Source: a virus
Virus record (IMG/VR): IMGVR_UViG_3300012582_000005
Span: 1-64,000 of that record
Reading direction: 5' to 3' (one strand)
DNA: 64,000 bases
This document shows positions 8,374 through 17,344 of this stretch, piece after piece (the stretch's first letter is position 1; every line of letters starts with the position of its first letter). Position numbers and translations under genes: made by a program. Under the pieces are notes generated by a model. The model saw only the letters and a program-made list of their open reading frames with translations, was not told the origin of the DNA and did no database searches.

Positions 8374-11300
8374 TTGGCAGATTTTGATATTTACAGTAAG
8401 TTAAATCCTGGTATTTATATTTCTGAAAGGGATTTATCTGTATTTAATGTAACTCAATTTTATAATCAAATAACTCTTGTATTAGGATGTTCAAAAGAAG
8501 GTCCATTCAATGTTCCTATTATTAATATTAGTCCTGATAATTTTGAAAAGAAATTTGGAATGCAAGATTATGCATTAGAAAGAAAGGGATCATATTTTCA
8601 TAGAACTGTTAAGGCTTTATTACAAGAAGGACCTGTTCTTACTGTTAATCTTAGAACTACTGATAGAGAACTTGATAAATATAATTGGATAAATCTTTCT
8701 ACGAGTTCTGATAATTATAATTCGAACACTAGGACTAATCCAATAGAAGATTTTTATAATATAGCTGATGGGTTTTGGAGAAAAAATGTAGACCAATTAA
8801 TTGGACTTGCTGATGATAATATACCTGATTCAAATAAAAATCCATTTAATATAGTAAATCAAAGTGCTAAACCAGTTTCTATTTTAGCATTTAAATCAAA
8901 AATAAAAGGCTTTGATATTACAGTTGAAGATTGGTATAATTCAAAAACAATTCCTCAATATTTACACCCTAAAGATTTAATTTCTGATTATTTGATAGAT
9001 GTATATGCTATACAAGGTAGATGGAATAATTATGAAAAATTAGCTCTTGATATTAAATGGTCAAAGTATTTTAATAAAAACGGATTCAAAAGAGAAACTT
9101 TAGATGCTTTTATTGGAGAAGCAGAAGTAGTACTTGTTAATAAATGGACGGGTTCGGTATTACCATATTTCAAGGATAAGGCTGGTAGAGATATGTATAT
9201 TCAATCAATTATTAATAATGATGTTGATGAAACTGGTATATGGACTGCTTATAATTCTGATATTATAGAAACTGATTATAGAAATGGATTGGTTGATATA
9301 TTGGGTGATAATCTATCAGCAAATAAAAAGCCTAAAATAGATTTTCTTTCTTATAAGAAAAATCTTACAGATTTATATTTAGTAGAAGAAAAACTTCTTG
9401 ACCAACCAGGTAATTCATTTGGTAATCCAGAATTTGTATTAGGCGGAAGAGAGCAGTATAATTCAGAAGGATATGTATATGGATGTAAATTAAAGAATAT
9501 TATAGTTAATACAACAAATACATTGAAAGTAAAACCATTAGATTGTTTTTATGATGATGCTTATGGTATAATTAATGGTAAGAAAATAGAATTAAATAAT
9601 GATATTAACTATGATTTAGTATTACAAGAAATATTAACACCTGGTAATAAAATAATATTTGCTGTTATATTAACAGAAAATGGTATTAGTTTTAAAATAG
9701 GTAATATGATTCCAAATTCATATACATCTATTTTACCTTTGGTAGATTATCATACAGAAATTGTTCTTGGATATTATATTATATCACAGGATTTATTAGG
9801 TTATGAAACTGAAAATTATAATGTACAATTATTTGGTAATGTTATTGACGCTGTAGGATTTGTAAATCCATTTACTAAAAATTTAAATTCTAAAATAACT
9901 TTAAGAAATACTAATTATATTTGGCAACAAGAATTAGTATTCTATAATATTAATAATTATAGTTCACAAGATTATCAACAGTTGAGAATATACCACTTAT
10001 GGTATTGGTTAAGTAAAAATTTAAAAGAAAAAGAATCATTATATATTGATATTGATGGTAAAAAACAATTAGTTGAATTTGTTGAACAGTATAATGAATC
10101 AAACAATAAAGTAATTAAAATATCAATTCAAAATAAAGATTCTAATATAAGAGATACTGATGGAACTGCTGGTACATCAGGACTTCTTAGTATTTATATG
10201 GAAGATTTAGAATTCCTTTCTCAAAAAGAAATTGAATGGATTGAAAAAATTGAACCTTTTGTTGATGGTTCAAATGGTATTATAGGTGATGATTCATTCA
10301 TATATGATTCATTTGTTAAAGGAGAAATTAATAGTGGTGATCCTTTCTTTAAAAGTATTGGTGAAGAAGATAATGTAGTATTTTATACAGACTATATTAA
10401 TAATTATATCATGTTGAAAGATGGTCCAAATGCTAATTATGTTGGAAGTAAAGTAATTGTGTATGGTAGTACAAAAAATGATGGTATATTTACAATTTTA
10501 AATTCTACTTATATAGGTGGTGAATTCGTATTATACGTCAAAGAAGATATTACACCTGAAACTGTTGACAAACTTAGAATATATGATGCAGAGAATCCTA
10601 AAATAGTTAATTTATATTTTATTGGTGGTAAAATGAAAGCTAAAGTTGAGGATTATAATGGTGATTCAGAAGAATTGTATCGTAGAGTATTTGGTAAAAT
10701 TGATAGATCTCAATGGAAAAAAACTTTAGAAATTGAGCAAGTAATTGATTCAAATAGGATACTTGTGAGTGCTCAAACATATGGGAAATTACTTAATTAT
10801 AACTATTATTTACTTGCTAATAATAAATCGCTTACTGATGATACGAATGAAGTTAAAAGAAATTGGACTCGTATTGTTGATTTAGTTAGATGGGCTGATG
10901 ATGAATCTTTAATGCTTGTAGAAACGGATGCGCCTATAGCAATGAAAACTTTTGATGGTGATTTACAAACCGAATATCTAATACCAATTGATGAATGGGT
11001 TGATACATTAGATTTTAAAGTTCTTGAACCATTTATTGTAAGAGAAGAAAGTTTACCTAATGGGACAGAAGAAAGACAGAATCAAATTTTAAATCTTATT
11101 AGTAAAGATACTAAAATGGCTAAATCTTTATGTGTTGATAGAATGGAGTGGAGATATTTGGTAGATAGCTTTGGATTAGGATTAACAAGTAATTCTAAAT
11201 ATCAATTAGCAGAATTATGTTCTAATAAACAATTGGCGATGGGATTTTTGAATATGCCAAGTATTAAACAATTTAGAATGTCAGAAAAAACTTTATTTAC

Positions 11301-12012
11301 TAAAGATGGTTCATTCGATACTAAATTACTTTTAACTGGTGGTGATAGAAGAAATAGTGCAGGTGTAAGATATAGTTTAACCGAAGTAGGTAAATCATAT
11401 GTGATGTATATTACACCTTATGTTGTAGTATCAGAAAGAGGTAGAAAATTTGAAGTTCCACCATCTCCTTCTATAGCACAACTTTATATGAAAAAGCATA
11501 ATAATACCAAAGTATTCCAACCATGGACTATTATGGCAGGTGTACCAAATAGAATAACTCAGATAGCTGGATTAGAAGAACTATTCTCACCTGAACAATT
11601 ATCGGATTTACATAGATTGAGAGTTACTCCAATAACTAATTTTCAGAATATTATATTTTATCCTTTTGCTGAAAATACTTCTGAGATAATAAATTCATCT
11701 TTAGGATATGCTCATAATAGAGAAGCATTAATAGAGTTAGAAATAGTTTTAAAACAAGAATTGAATAATTTTCAATGGGATTTTTATACTAAAGAAAATG
11801 CTAAACGTATTGTTGATATAGCTAATAGTATATGTGGTAATTTTAAAATAGTAAATGCTATTGCTGAATATAGAAATTATTTTGATTTTGATCCAGAGCT
11901 TATAGATGCTCAAATAGCAGTTCTTAATACGTATATTGAACCTGTAGCTGGTATGGGTTCAATAGTTATTAGAATTAACATCCTTAAAACTAAAGGACTT
12001 GAAGGTATTTAA
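8374..12012 (+). CDS. Tail sheath protein (T4 gp18-like, enlarged to 1212 aa)
   Basis: The N-terminus LNPGIYISERDLS and the C-terminal YITPYVVV...VPPSPSIAQLYMK...RVTPITNF follow the sheath pattern. The start must be TTG, since the nearest in-frame upstream stop is at 8344 and no ATG exists before aa 62. Confidence 0.8.
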   Translation: MADFDIYSKLNPGIYISERDLSVFNVTQFYNQITLVLGCSKEGPFNVPIINISPDNFEKKFGMQDYALERKGSYFHRTVKALLQEGPVLTVNLRTTDRELDKYNWINLSTSSDNYNSNTRTNPIEDFYNIADGFWRKNVDQLIGLADDNIPDSNKNPFNIVNQSAKPVSILAFKSKIKGFDITVEDWYNSKTIPQYLHPKDLISDYLIDVYAIQGRWNNYEKLALDIKWSKYFNKNGFKRETLDAFIGEAEVVLVNKWTGSVLPYFKDKAGRDMYIQSIINNDVDETGIWTAYNSDIIETDYRNGLVDILGDNLSANKKPKIDFLSYKKNLTDLYLVEEKLLDQPGNSFGNPEFVLGGREQYNSEGYVYGCKLKNIIVNTTNTLKVKPLDCFYDDAYGIINGKKIELNNDINYDLVLQEILTPGNKIIFAVILTENGISFKIGNMIPNSYTSILPLVDYHTEIVLGYYIISQDLLGYETENYNVQLFGNVIDAVGFVNPFTKNLNSKITLRNTNYIWQQELVFYNINNYSSQDYQQLRIYHLWYWLSKNLKEKESLYIDIDGKKQLVEFVEQYNESNNKVIKISIQNKDSNIRDTDGTAGTSGLLSIYMEDLEFLSQKEIEWIEKIEPFVDGSNGIIGDDSFIYDSFVKGEINSGDPFFKSIGEEDNVVFYTDYINNYIMLKDGPNANYVGSKVIVYGSTKNDGIFTILNSTYIGGEFVLYVKEDITPETVDKLRIYDAENPKIVNLYFIGGKMKAKVEDYNGDSEELYRRVFGKIDRSQWKKTLEIEQVIDSNRILVSAQTYGKLLNYNYYLLANNKSLTDDTNEVKRNWTRIVDLVRWADDESLMLVETDAPIAMKTFDGDLQTEYLIPIDEWVDTLDFKVLEPFIVREESLPNGTEERQNQILNLISKDTKMAKSLCVDRMEWRYLVDSFGLGLTSNSKYQLAELCSNKQLAMGFLNMPSIKQFRMSEKTLFTKDGSFDTKLLLTGGDRRNSAGVRYSLTEVGKSYVMYITPYVVVSERGRKFEVPPSPSIAQLYMKKHNNTKVFQPWTIMAGVPNRITQIAGLEELFSPEQLSDLHRLRVTPITNFQNIIFYPFAENTSEIINSSLGYAHNREALIELEIVLKQELNNFQWDFYTKENAKRIVDIANSICGNFKIVNAIAEYRNYFDFDPELIDAQIAVLNTYIEPVAGMGSIVIRINILKTKGLEGI

Positions 12013-12133
12013 AATATTTCAATTATTTTTATTTTTATTTTAAATTTTCTTCAAACTTTTATGGGTTCTTGTGTATAATCTCTGATTACAAATTAAAATA
12101 TTTAACAAATTAAAGGCAATTAAAAGAAAAATT

Positions 12134-13072
12134 ATGGCAGATTTATTTAACATGGATGACAGTATGGGTATGGGTTTCTTAGATAAGAAAGCAGGATCCA
12201 ATGATGGTATTTACAGACCAAATTTAAAAAATGCAAAAGATAAGAAAAAAGGATACAGAGCAGTCCTTCGTTTCTTACCTAACTTCACAAATGAGGGTAA
12301 ATTAGGAGAATTCCAAATTACTAAATTGGTACACTACGCAAACTTCACAGATTACACTGATTTGAATGGTTATTATGATTCAATGAAATCATTCGGTAAA
12401 GCAGAGAAATGTGATTTGTATGACACATTTTGGCAATTGAAAAATTCTAAGAGTGTAGTACAACAAGAAAGAGCGAAACAAATCGCTTATAGCACAAAGT
12501 ATTATTCCTATGTTCAAGTTATCGAAGATGAAAATCAACCTGAAATGGAAGGTAAAATTATGATTTTCCCATTTGGTAAAAAAATTAAAGAAAAAATTGC
12601 AGCTGAGTATTCAGGTGAAATTACAGGTGAAAAATGTAATGTTTATGACATTGCAAATGGTAAAGATTTTGTTCTTATCATTAGAGAAGTTGGTGGTTTT
12701 GCTAATTATGATTCTTCAACATTTAAACCAGAAGTATCAGCAATTAAAATCAGTGGGAAAGAAGTTCCTGTAGTTGAAGATTCTAATGGAAAAAGAAGCA
12801 TCAATGCTAAATTCCAAGAACATGTAAAAGGTTATCTTTTAAAGAGAGATAAAAATCTTGAAGATTTTGCTCCACAAAGATGGACAGAACAACAAAGAGG
12901 TAAAGTTCAAAGAATTGTTGAAATTCTAACTGGAAATCCAGTTTCACATGCAAATACATCAATCAATACAGCATCTAAGACTGATTTCTTCAATGAACCT
13001 GAAGTAGTATCTACTTCATCAAGTTCACATTCTGACGATGTAGATCCAGATGATTTTTTTGATAATATCTAA
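12134..13072 (+). CDS. ssDNA-binding protein (T4 gp32-like)
   Basis: GYRAVLRFLPNF, EGKIMIFPFGKKIKEKI and GKDFVLIIREVGGFANYDSSTF align to T4 gp32 blocks. The acidic tail is SSSSHSDDVDPDDFFDNI. Confidence 0.85.
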   Translation: MADLFNMDDSMGMGFLDKKAGSNDGIYRPNLKNAKDKKKGYRAVLRFLPNFTNEGKLGEFQITKLVHYANFTDYTDLNGYYDSMKSFGKAEKCDLYDTFWQLKNSKSVVQQERAKQIAYSTKYYSYVQVIEDENQPEMEGKIMIFPFGKKIKEKIAAEYSGEITGEKCNVYDIANGKDFVLIIREVGGFANYDSSTFKPEVSAIKISGKEVPVVEDSNGKRSINAKFQEHVKGYLLKRDKNLEDFAPQRWTEQQRGKVQRIVEILTGNPVSHANTSINTASKTDFFNEPEVVSTSSSSHSDDVDPDDFFDNI

Positions 13073-13078
13073 TATAAA

Positions 13079-13109
13079 GAAAGCCCTTTAAATAGGGCTT
13101 TCTTGTTTT
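13079..13109 (+). terminator. Intrinsic terminator
   Basis: GAAAGCCC, 8-nt loop, GGGCTTTC, then TTGTTTT. Confidence 0.65.
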
Positions 13110-13184
13110 AGGGGGGAATATATATTGGATATATAATTTACACAATTTTCTACTTTTAGAAATTAAAAAATAAAATACATTATT

Positions 13185-14006
13185 ATGGATAATTTAATAG
13201 GCAAACAATTGAAGTATAAATCAGGACCAAATGAAGTATATCAAGTAATAGATCAAAAAGATGGTATGATTACTTTTGGAAACAATGCTAAAGTGTCAGA
13301 AAATAAAGTATATGAACTTTTTGAAGAAGTTAGACATAATTCTGATGTTGTTAACCCTGATTCTTTCTTCAATACAAATGGTTTAAGTGGTATAGCAGAT
13401 GCTATAAGAAATGGACAAACATCAAAAACTGTTGGTATTCCAGATAACCATATACCAGAAGTTAAAACAGAAATTAGTGATGATACTCGTAGACAATATG
13501 AAGATTATCAAAGAAAAATGACAGAAGATCAACGTAGATATAATTCATCACATGGTTTGTCGGAAGAACCTATTAGAAAAGTTATGGGTGAGTCTATGCG
13601 AGAATATATGAATGAAGATGAATACGAGCAATCAAATCATCATACAGTACAGACACATCAAAAAATAGTCGTAAGTGAATCAGATAGTCTTTTTAAAAAA
13701 ATGAGAAGAACTACACCAGTTAAAATCAAATTAATACTTGATGAAATGTTACCAAAGAAGGATTCAATCAAGCATTTTAATGATATGTTTGATGAAGATG
13801 AATCTATTATTGATAAATTAGCTAAAGAAATTTCCCAAAAATATCTATCTAATCCAAAAATGATCCAGGATTTAATTGCTGATCAATTAGAAGCTATGAT
13901 TTATCCAGGTAAAAGGAAAAAAGTTAAGAAGAAACCTGTTAAAAGAGTCGCCGCTAAAAAAGCACCTATAAAAAAGGTAGTTGAAAAAACAGAAGAAAAT
14001 ATTTAA
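13185..14006 (+). CDS. Hypothetical protein with Lys-rich C-terminal tail
   Basis: 273-aa ORF whose tail reads GKRKKVKKKPVKRVAAKKAPIKKVV. Confidence 0.5.
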   Translation: MDNLIGKQLKYKSGPNEVYQVIDQKDGMITFGNNAKVSENKVYELFEEVRHNSDVVNPDSFFNTNGLSGIADAIRNGQTSKTVGIPDNHIPEVKTEISDDTRRQYEDYQRKMTEDQRRYNSSHGLSEEPIRKVMGESMREYMNEDEYEQSNHHTVQTHQKIVVSESDSLFKKMRRTTPVKIKLILDEMLPKKDSIKHFNDMFDEDESIIDKLAKEISQKYLSNPKMIQDLIADQLEAMIYPGKRKKVKKKPVKRVAAKKAPIKKVVEKTEENI

Positions 14007-14386
14007 TGATAAAAGCATTATATAGAAAACGTGCTGAATTATTAGTAAAAGAATATATTTTATTTAAAGATTATTCGGAACAAGTAAAATTGAATTTAGA
14101 TAAATTTGAGAAAGATGCTGAAATTTATAAAGAGGAGATTAAAAATATCACTTTAAATACTGATATACGTCCTTCTGAAAAATATGAATTAATAAATTCT
14201 AAATTGGAGAATATAGAAAAAATAGCACTTAAAATAAGCAGTGTATATAATACAATGAATGATAAATTTAATGGTTTAAATAAAGAACGAGATATTTTAA
14301 TAAAAACTTGTATAGAAGATAGTCCAGAATTAACGGAAGATAGCATTATTAAAGAGCTTGCTAAAATGATTCAAGAAGGTAAATAG
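14006..14386 (+). CDS. Hypothetical coiled-coil-like protein
   Basis: 126-aa ORF with a TAATG overlap to the upstream gene. Confidence 0.45.
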   Translation: MIKALYRKRAELLVKEYILFKDYSEQVKLNLDKFEKDAEIYKEEIKNITLNTDIRPSEKYELINSKLENIEKIALKISSVYNTMNDKFNGLNKERDILIKTCIEDSPELTEDSIIKELAKMIQEGK

Positions 14387-14398
14387 CCTTCTTTTTTC
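14374..14398 (+). terminator. Weak intrinsic terminator
   Basis: AGAAGG, loop, CCTTCT, then a T-run. It overlaps the TAG stop. Confidence 0.4.
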
Positions 14399-14416
14399 AT
14401 TTTAAAAAGGGGATTG

Positions 14417-14434
14417 TTTTTTAAATATATAAAT
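14417..14434 (+). promoter_or_regulatory. Late-promoter-like element
   Basis: TTTTTTAAATATATAAAT lies 18 nt before ATG 14453. Confidence 0.3.
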
Positions 14435-14452
14435 CAAATAGTTTTTAAACTA

Positions 14453-16117
14453 ATGCAAATTTCAAAATTTCAAAAACTTGATGTTGATATTCTATTAGAA
14501 TGGATATACGATGATTCCAATTATATAGCAGAAGATTATAGAATTATAGTTGACACACTAACAGAAAATAGAAGCTTTAGTCAAAACGAAAGAACTGGTA
14601 TAGTTGATTCTATAACCAATAATACGACAGTAAAACAATTATTTCTTTTAGATAGAACAAGTAATAAATGGGGTATAGTTGACCCAAATCCATTAACAAA
14701 TAGATATCATTTTTTACAATATCAGAATTATTCAGGAAACGTACCTGTTCGATATGATAAAGTAAGAATACACTTCCCTGTAAATTACACTTTTAAAGAT
14801 AAAATTGGTATGTTATTGAATATTGAATTGTTCAATAAAACACAGGATGTATTATATCCAATATCGAATTATTTTTTCGATAAAACTGATCCTAATAGAG
14901 TACTTGAATTTAATTTTGGAACACCTTTTCAATTTCAAGAAAGAATTTGGGGTAAATATTTAGAATTACAAATTCCATCACCATACGCATTAACAAAAGA
15001 TTATCAAATAGTAAATTCTAATATTATACCAAGAGAAGGAACTATTCATAAAAATTTAGTAAATGATGATTTTAATATTTTAAGTTTAGAAACTCCTATA
15101 TTTGTAACATTTCAGTTCTTAACTAAAAGAGAGGAAAAACTAAAACAAGTTTCTTATTTAACTACAGAACCATTTCAAATTACTTTACCATTAGTTCCTG
15201 AATTTGAAAATTTAGGAGTTAAGATTGAACATGCTACTGATGGAGATTATTTTGAAATATTTGGTACATTTAATAATAATATAAGTGATTTTAATGCTTT
15301 TATTAAAAATAGTGAAAAAGAAGGTAAAAGATATTACATAATATATGAAATAACTCAATTTGAAAAGAATATTAAAACAAAAACTTTAAGCTTCTTCAAA
15401 GACGATAATTTTGATATTCCAGAAGAATTTAGACCTATAATAAAGTTCTCTACAACAACGGCATCTATTGACGTTACATTGAAAGTAATTAATAGTGCAG
15501 ATGATTCTATCATATTAAGAAATGCTCAGTATACAATGCTACAAGATGAAGCTGGAAGGTATGCTAAAAAACTCACTAAAATTAATATTAAAGATACATA
15601 TAAACCAAAAGTTTATAATGCTAAAGCAAATGAAATTAAAGTTGATGGTTTTTCTGTATTACCACAGCCAGAAAAAGTACAAGTTCCATTTCCAATAATG
15701 TTTGAAAGGTTTAATATTGTTTCATCTAATAGATCTGAACAAATTAATGATACTACTTATTATGGTATGGGTTTGAATCAAATACTTTTACACCATACAG
15801 ATAATATAGTTGAGTTAAAAATTGCTAAAGGTACTAATTCTGCTGGTTTTGTTCCATTCGCTATTTTGGAGGGTACGCCAGTATTCTTACAATTCAAATC
15901 CAGTAAAAAATTAGTCGAAGTTCCTTTATTTCAGGAAAGTGGTAGAATTAATTTAGCTGAGGGTAATGTAGTATTCAGAGTACCATCAAGTCAAATGCCT
16001 ATAATATCAGAAATTAAAAAAGATGGTTTTGATCAATTCTATATTTTACTAAAACCTACAACAGGAATAGTTACTGTAGTATATTTTGGTAGATTTATTA
16101 TCTCCAGTGATTTTTAA
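14453..16117 (+). CDS. Hypothetical (probably structural) protein, 554 aa
   Basis: ATG 14453 is preferred because the TTG 14414 extension contains the promoter-like element. The gene sits between the sheath and tube genes. Confidence 0.5.
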   Translation: MQISKFQKLDVDILLEWIYDDSNYIAEDYRIIVDTLTENRSFSQNERTGIVDSITNNTTVKQLFLLDRTSNKWGIVDPNPLTNRYHFLQYQNYSGNVPVRYDKVRIHFPVNYTFKDKIGMLLNIELFNKTQDVLYPISNYFFDKTDPNRVLEFNFGTPFQFQERIWGKYLELQIPSPYALTKDYQIVNSNIIPREGTIHKNLVNDDFNILSLETPIFVTFQFLTKREEKLKQVSYLTTEPFQITLPLVPEFENLGVKIEHATDGDYFEIFGTFNNNISDFNAFIKNSEKEGKRYYIIYEITQFEKNIKTKTLSFFKDDNFDIPEEFRPIIKFSTTTASIDVTLKVINSADDSIILRNAQYTMLQDEAGRYAKKLTKINIKDTYKPKVYNAKANEIKVDGFSVLPQPEKVQVPFPIMFERFNIVSSNRSEQINDTTYYGMGLNQILLHHTDNIVELKIAKGTNSAGFVPFAILEGTPVFLQFKSSKKLVEVPLFQESGRINLAEGNVVFRVPSSQMPIISEIKKDGFDQFYILLKPTTGIVTVVYFGRFIISSDF

Positions 16118-16126
16118 TATATAATA
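16111..16126 (+). promoter_or_regulatory. Late-promoter-like element
   Basis: TTTTTAATATATAATA lies 16 nt before ATG 16143. Confidence 0.35.
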
Positions 16127-16142
16127 CAAAATAAAGTGTTAT

Positions 16143-16766
16143 ATGAGTGCCAGTTTATCAAGTAATGGTGATAATTTTATATTTAATCTACCATCAGACT
16201 TTATTCCAAAAGTATTAGAAGATAGATATAAAATTCATTTAAATAATTTTAGAAAACCTTACGCTACAGTAATTGATTATATTAATTCTTGTATTAAAGA
16301 TATTAATTTACCTGGTATGAATGCACCTACTGTAGAACAAAAAGAATTTTATGGTAAAGCTAGGAATTTTAGAGGTTCTGCATCACCATATGATATCTAT
16401 ACTAGAGATTTTAATATCACTTTTAAGTCTGTTGATTTTCATGTGAATTATTTTATAATATCTGATGCTTTTCAATATCATTATCAAAAAGCTGGTAAAC
16501 CATTCGTTGAACCATTTACAATAACAGTGTTAGATTTTGAAAGAAGAGAGCATTTTAAAATTTATGTTAAAGAAATATTAATTAAATCTCTTTCTGATAT
16601 AAGAATGGCGAATAATGATAAAGGAGTAGATGAAAAAGATTTTACACTTTCACTATCATTTAATTATATAGATATGGAATATATGCCTAGATATGGAGAA
16701 GGTACAACTGACGGAACAAAGATAGAGGATTATTCAAATCAACTAAAAAAGAATGATAATACATAA
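16143..16766 (+). CDS. Tail tube protein (T4 gp19-like)
   Basis: INLPGMNAPTVEQKEFYGKARNFRG...DFNITF and the C-terminal FTLSLSFNYIDMEY parallel T4 gp19 ATALPAG...NVAGDRTFDDWTVTV and FEVTLALDYWE. Confidence 0.5.
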   Translation: MSASLSSNGDNFIFNLPSDFIPKVLEDRYKIHLNNFRKPYATVIDYINSCIKDINLPGMNAPTVEQKEFYGKARNFRGSASPYDIYTRDFNITFKSVDFHVNYFIISDAFQYHYQKAGKPFVEPFTITVLDFERREHFKIYVKEILIKSLSDIRMANNDKGVDEKDFTLSLSFNYIDMEYMPRYGEGTTDGTKIEDYSNQLKKNDNT

Positions 16767-16809
16767 AACAAAAGAATTTATTCTTTTATAAGTACAAAAT
16801 GATAATATT

Positions 16810-17220
16810 ATGGATGATAAAGAGAGAGAAGATATTTTCAAAGCACATTTAACAGCTTTATTTTTTCAATTTAAAGATAAGCCACATTTATTAGCAAATT
16901 ATTTTTCACAACACGATGCTTTAAAAGAAACATTTAAAGATAGAATAATAAGTAATAGCAAATTAAAGAATATACATGAAAGTATGAAAAATAATGAGGA
17001 TTTGGACAAACCATATTTTCACAATTTAGAAGAAATGCAAAAATACTACAATCAATTATTCGAAAAAGATAAAGAACCTCAAAAGATTCACCCTGTTTTA
17101 GGGGCTTCTACAAAAGAAGAGGCTTTAAGAGTTCAATTACAAGAAGCTATCGATAAAGAAGATTATGAGAAGGCTGCTAAATTAAGAGATTATATGAAGC
17201 AATTAGGAATAGATTTTTAA
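16810..17220 (+). CDS. UVR-domain-containing protein
   Basis: The C-terminal LQEAIDKEDYEKAAKLRDYMKQL matches the UvrB/UvrC-type UVR motif (EdYE.AA.lRD). Confidence 0.55.
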   Translation: MDDKEREDIFKAHLTALFFQFKDKPHLLANYFSQHDALKETFKDRIISNSKLKNIHESMKNNEDLDKPYFHNLEEMQKYYNQLFEKDKEPQKIHPVLGASTKEEALRVQLQEAIDKEDYEKAAKLRDYMKQLGIDF

Positions 17221-17283
17221 TAAATAAAAAATATAATAATTTTTAAAATATCATTTAAATTTCACATAAACACTAAACTAAAA

Positions 17284-17299
17284 TTGTATTATTTGTATA
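17284..17299 (+). promoter_or_regulatory. Exact 16-mer TTGTATTATTTGTATA (copy 2)
   Basis: Identical to 8207-8222. It lies 46 nt upstream of the S1-like gene. Confidence 0.3.
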
Positions 17300-17344
17300 A
17301 TTAGGGATTAATTCAAACTGTTTAACTAATATAAAAAAAGAAAA

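Noticed and set aside
13111-13116. A G6 run just after the gp32 terminator, unusual for this AT-rich DNA.
   Set aside because: It is a single short homopolymer with no partner C-run or repeated occurrence, and I could assign no function.
16770-16787. The AAAAGAA-TTTA-TTCTTTT hairpin after the tube gene, considered as a terminator.
   Set aside because: The stem has only one G-C pair, so it is too weak to call in a genome where such AT palindromes arise by chance.
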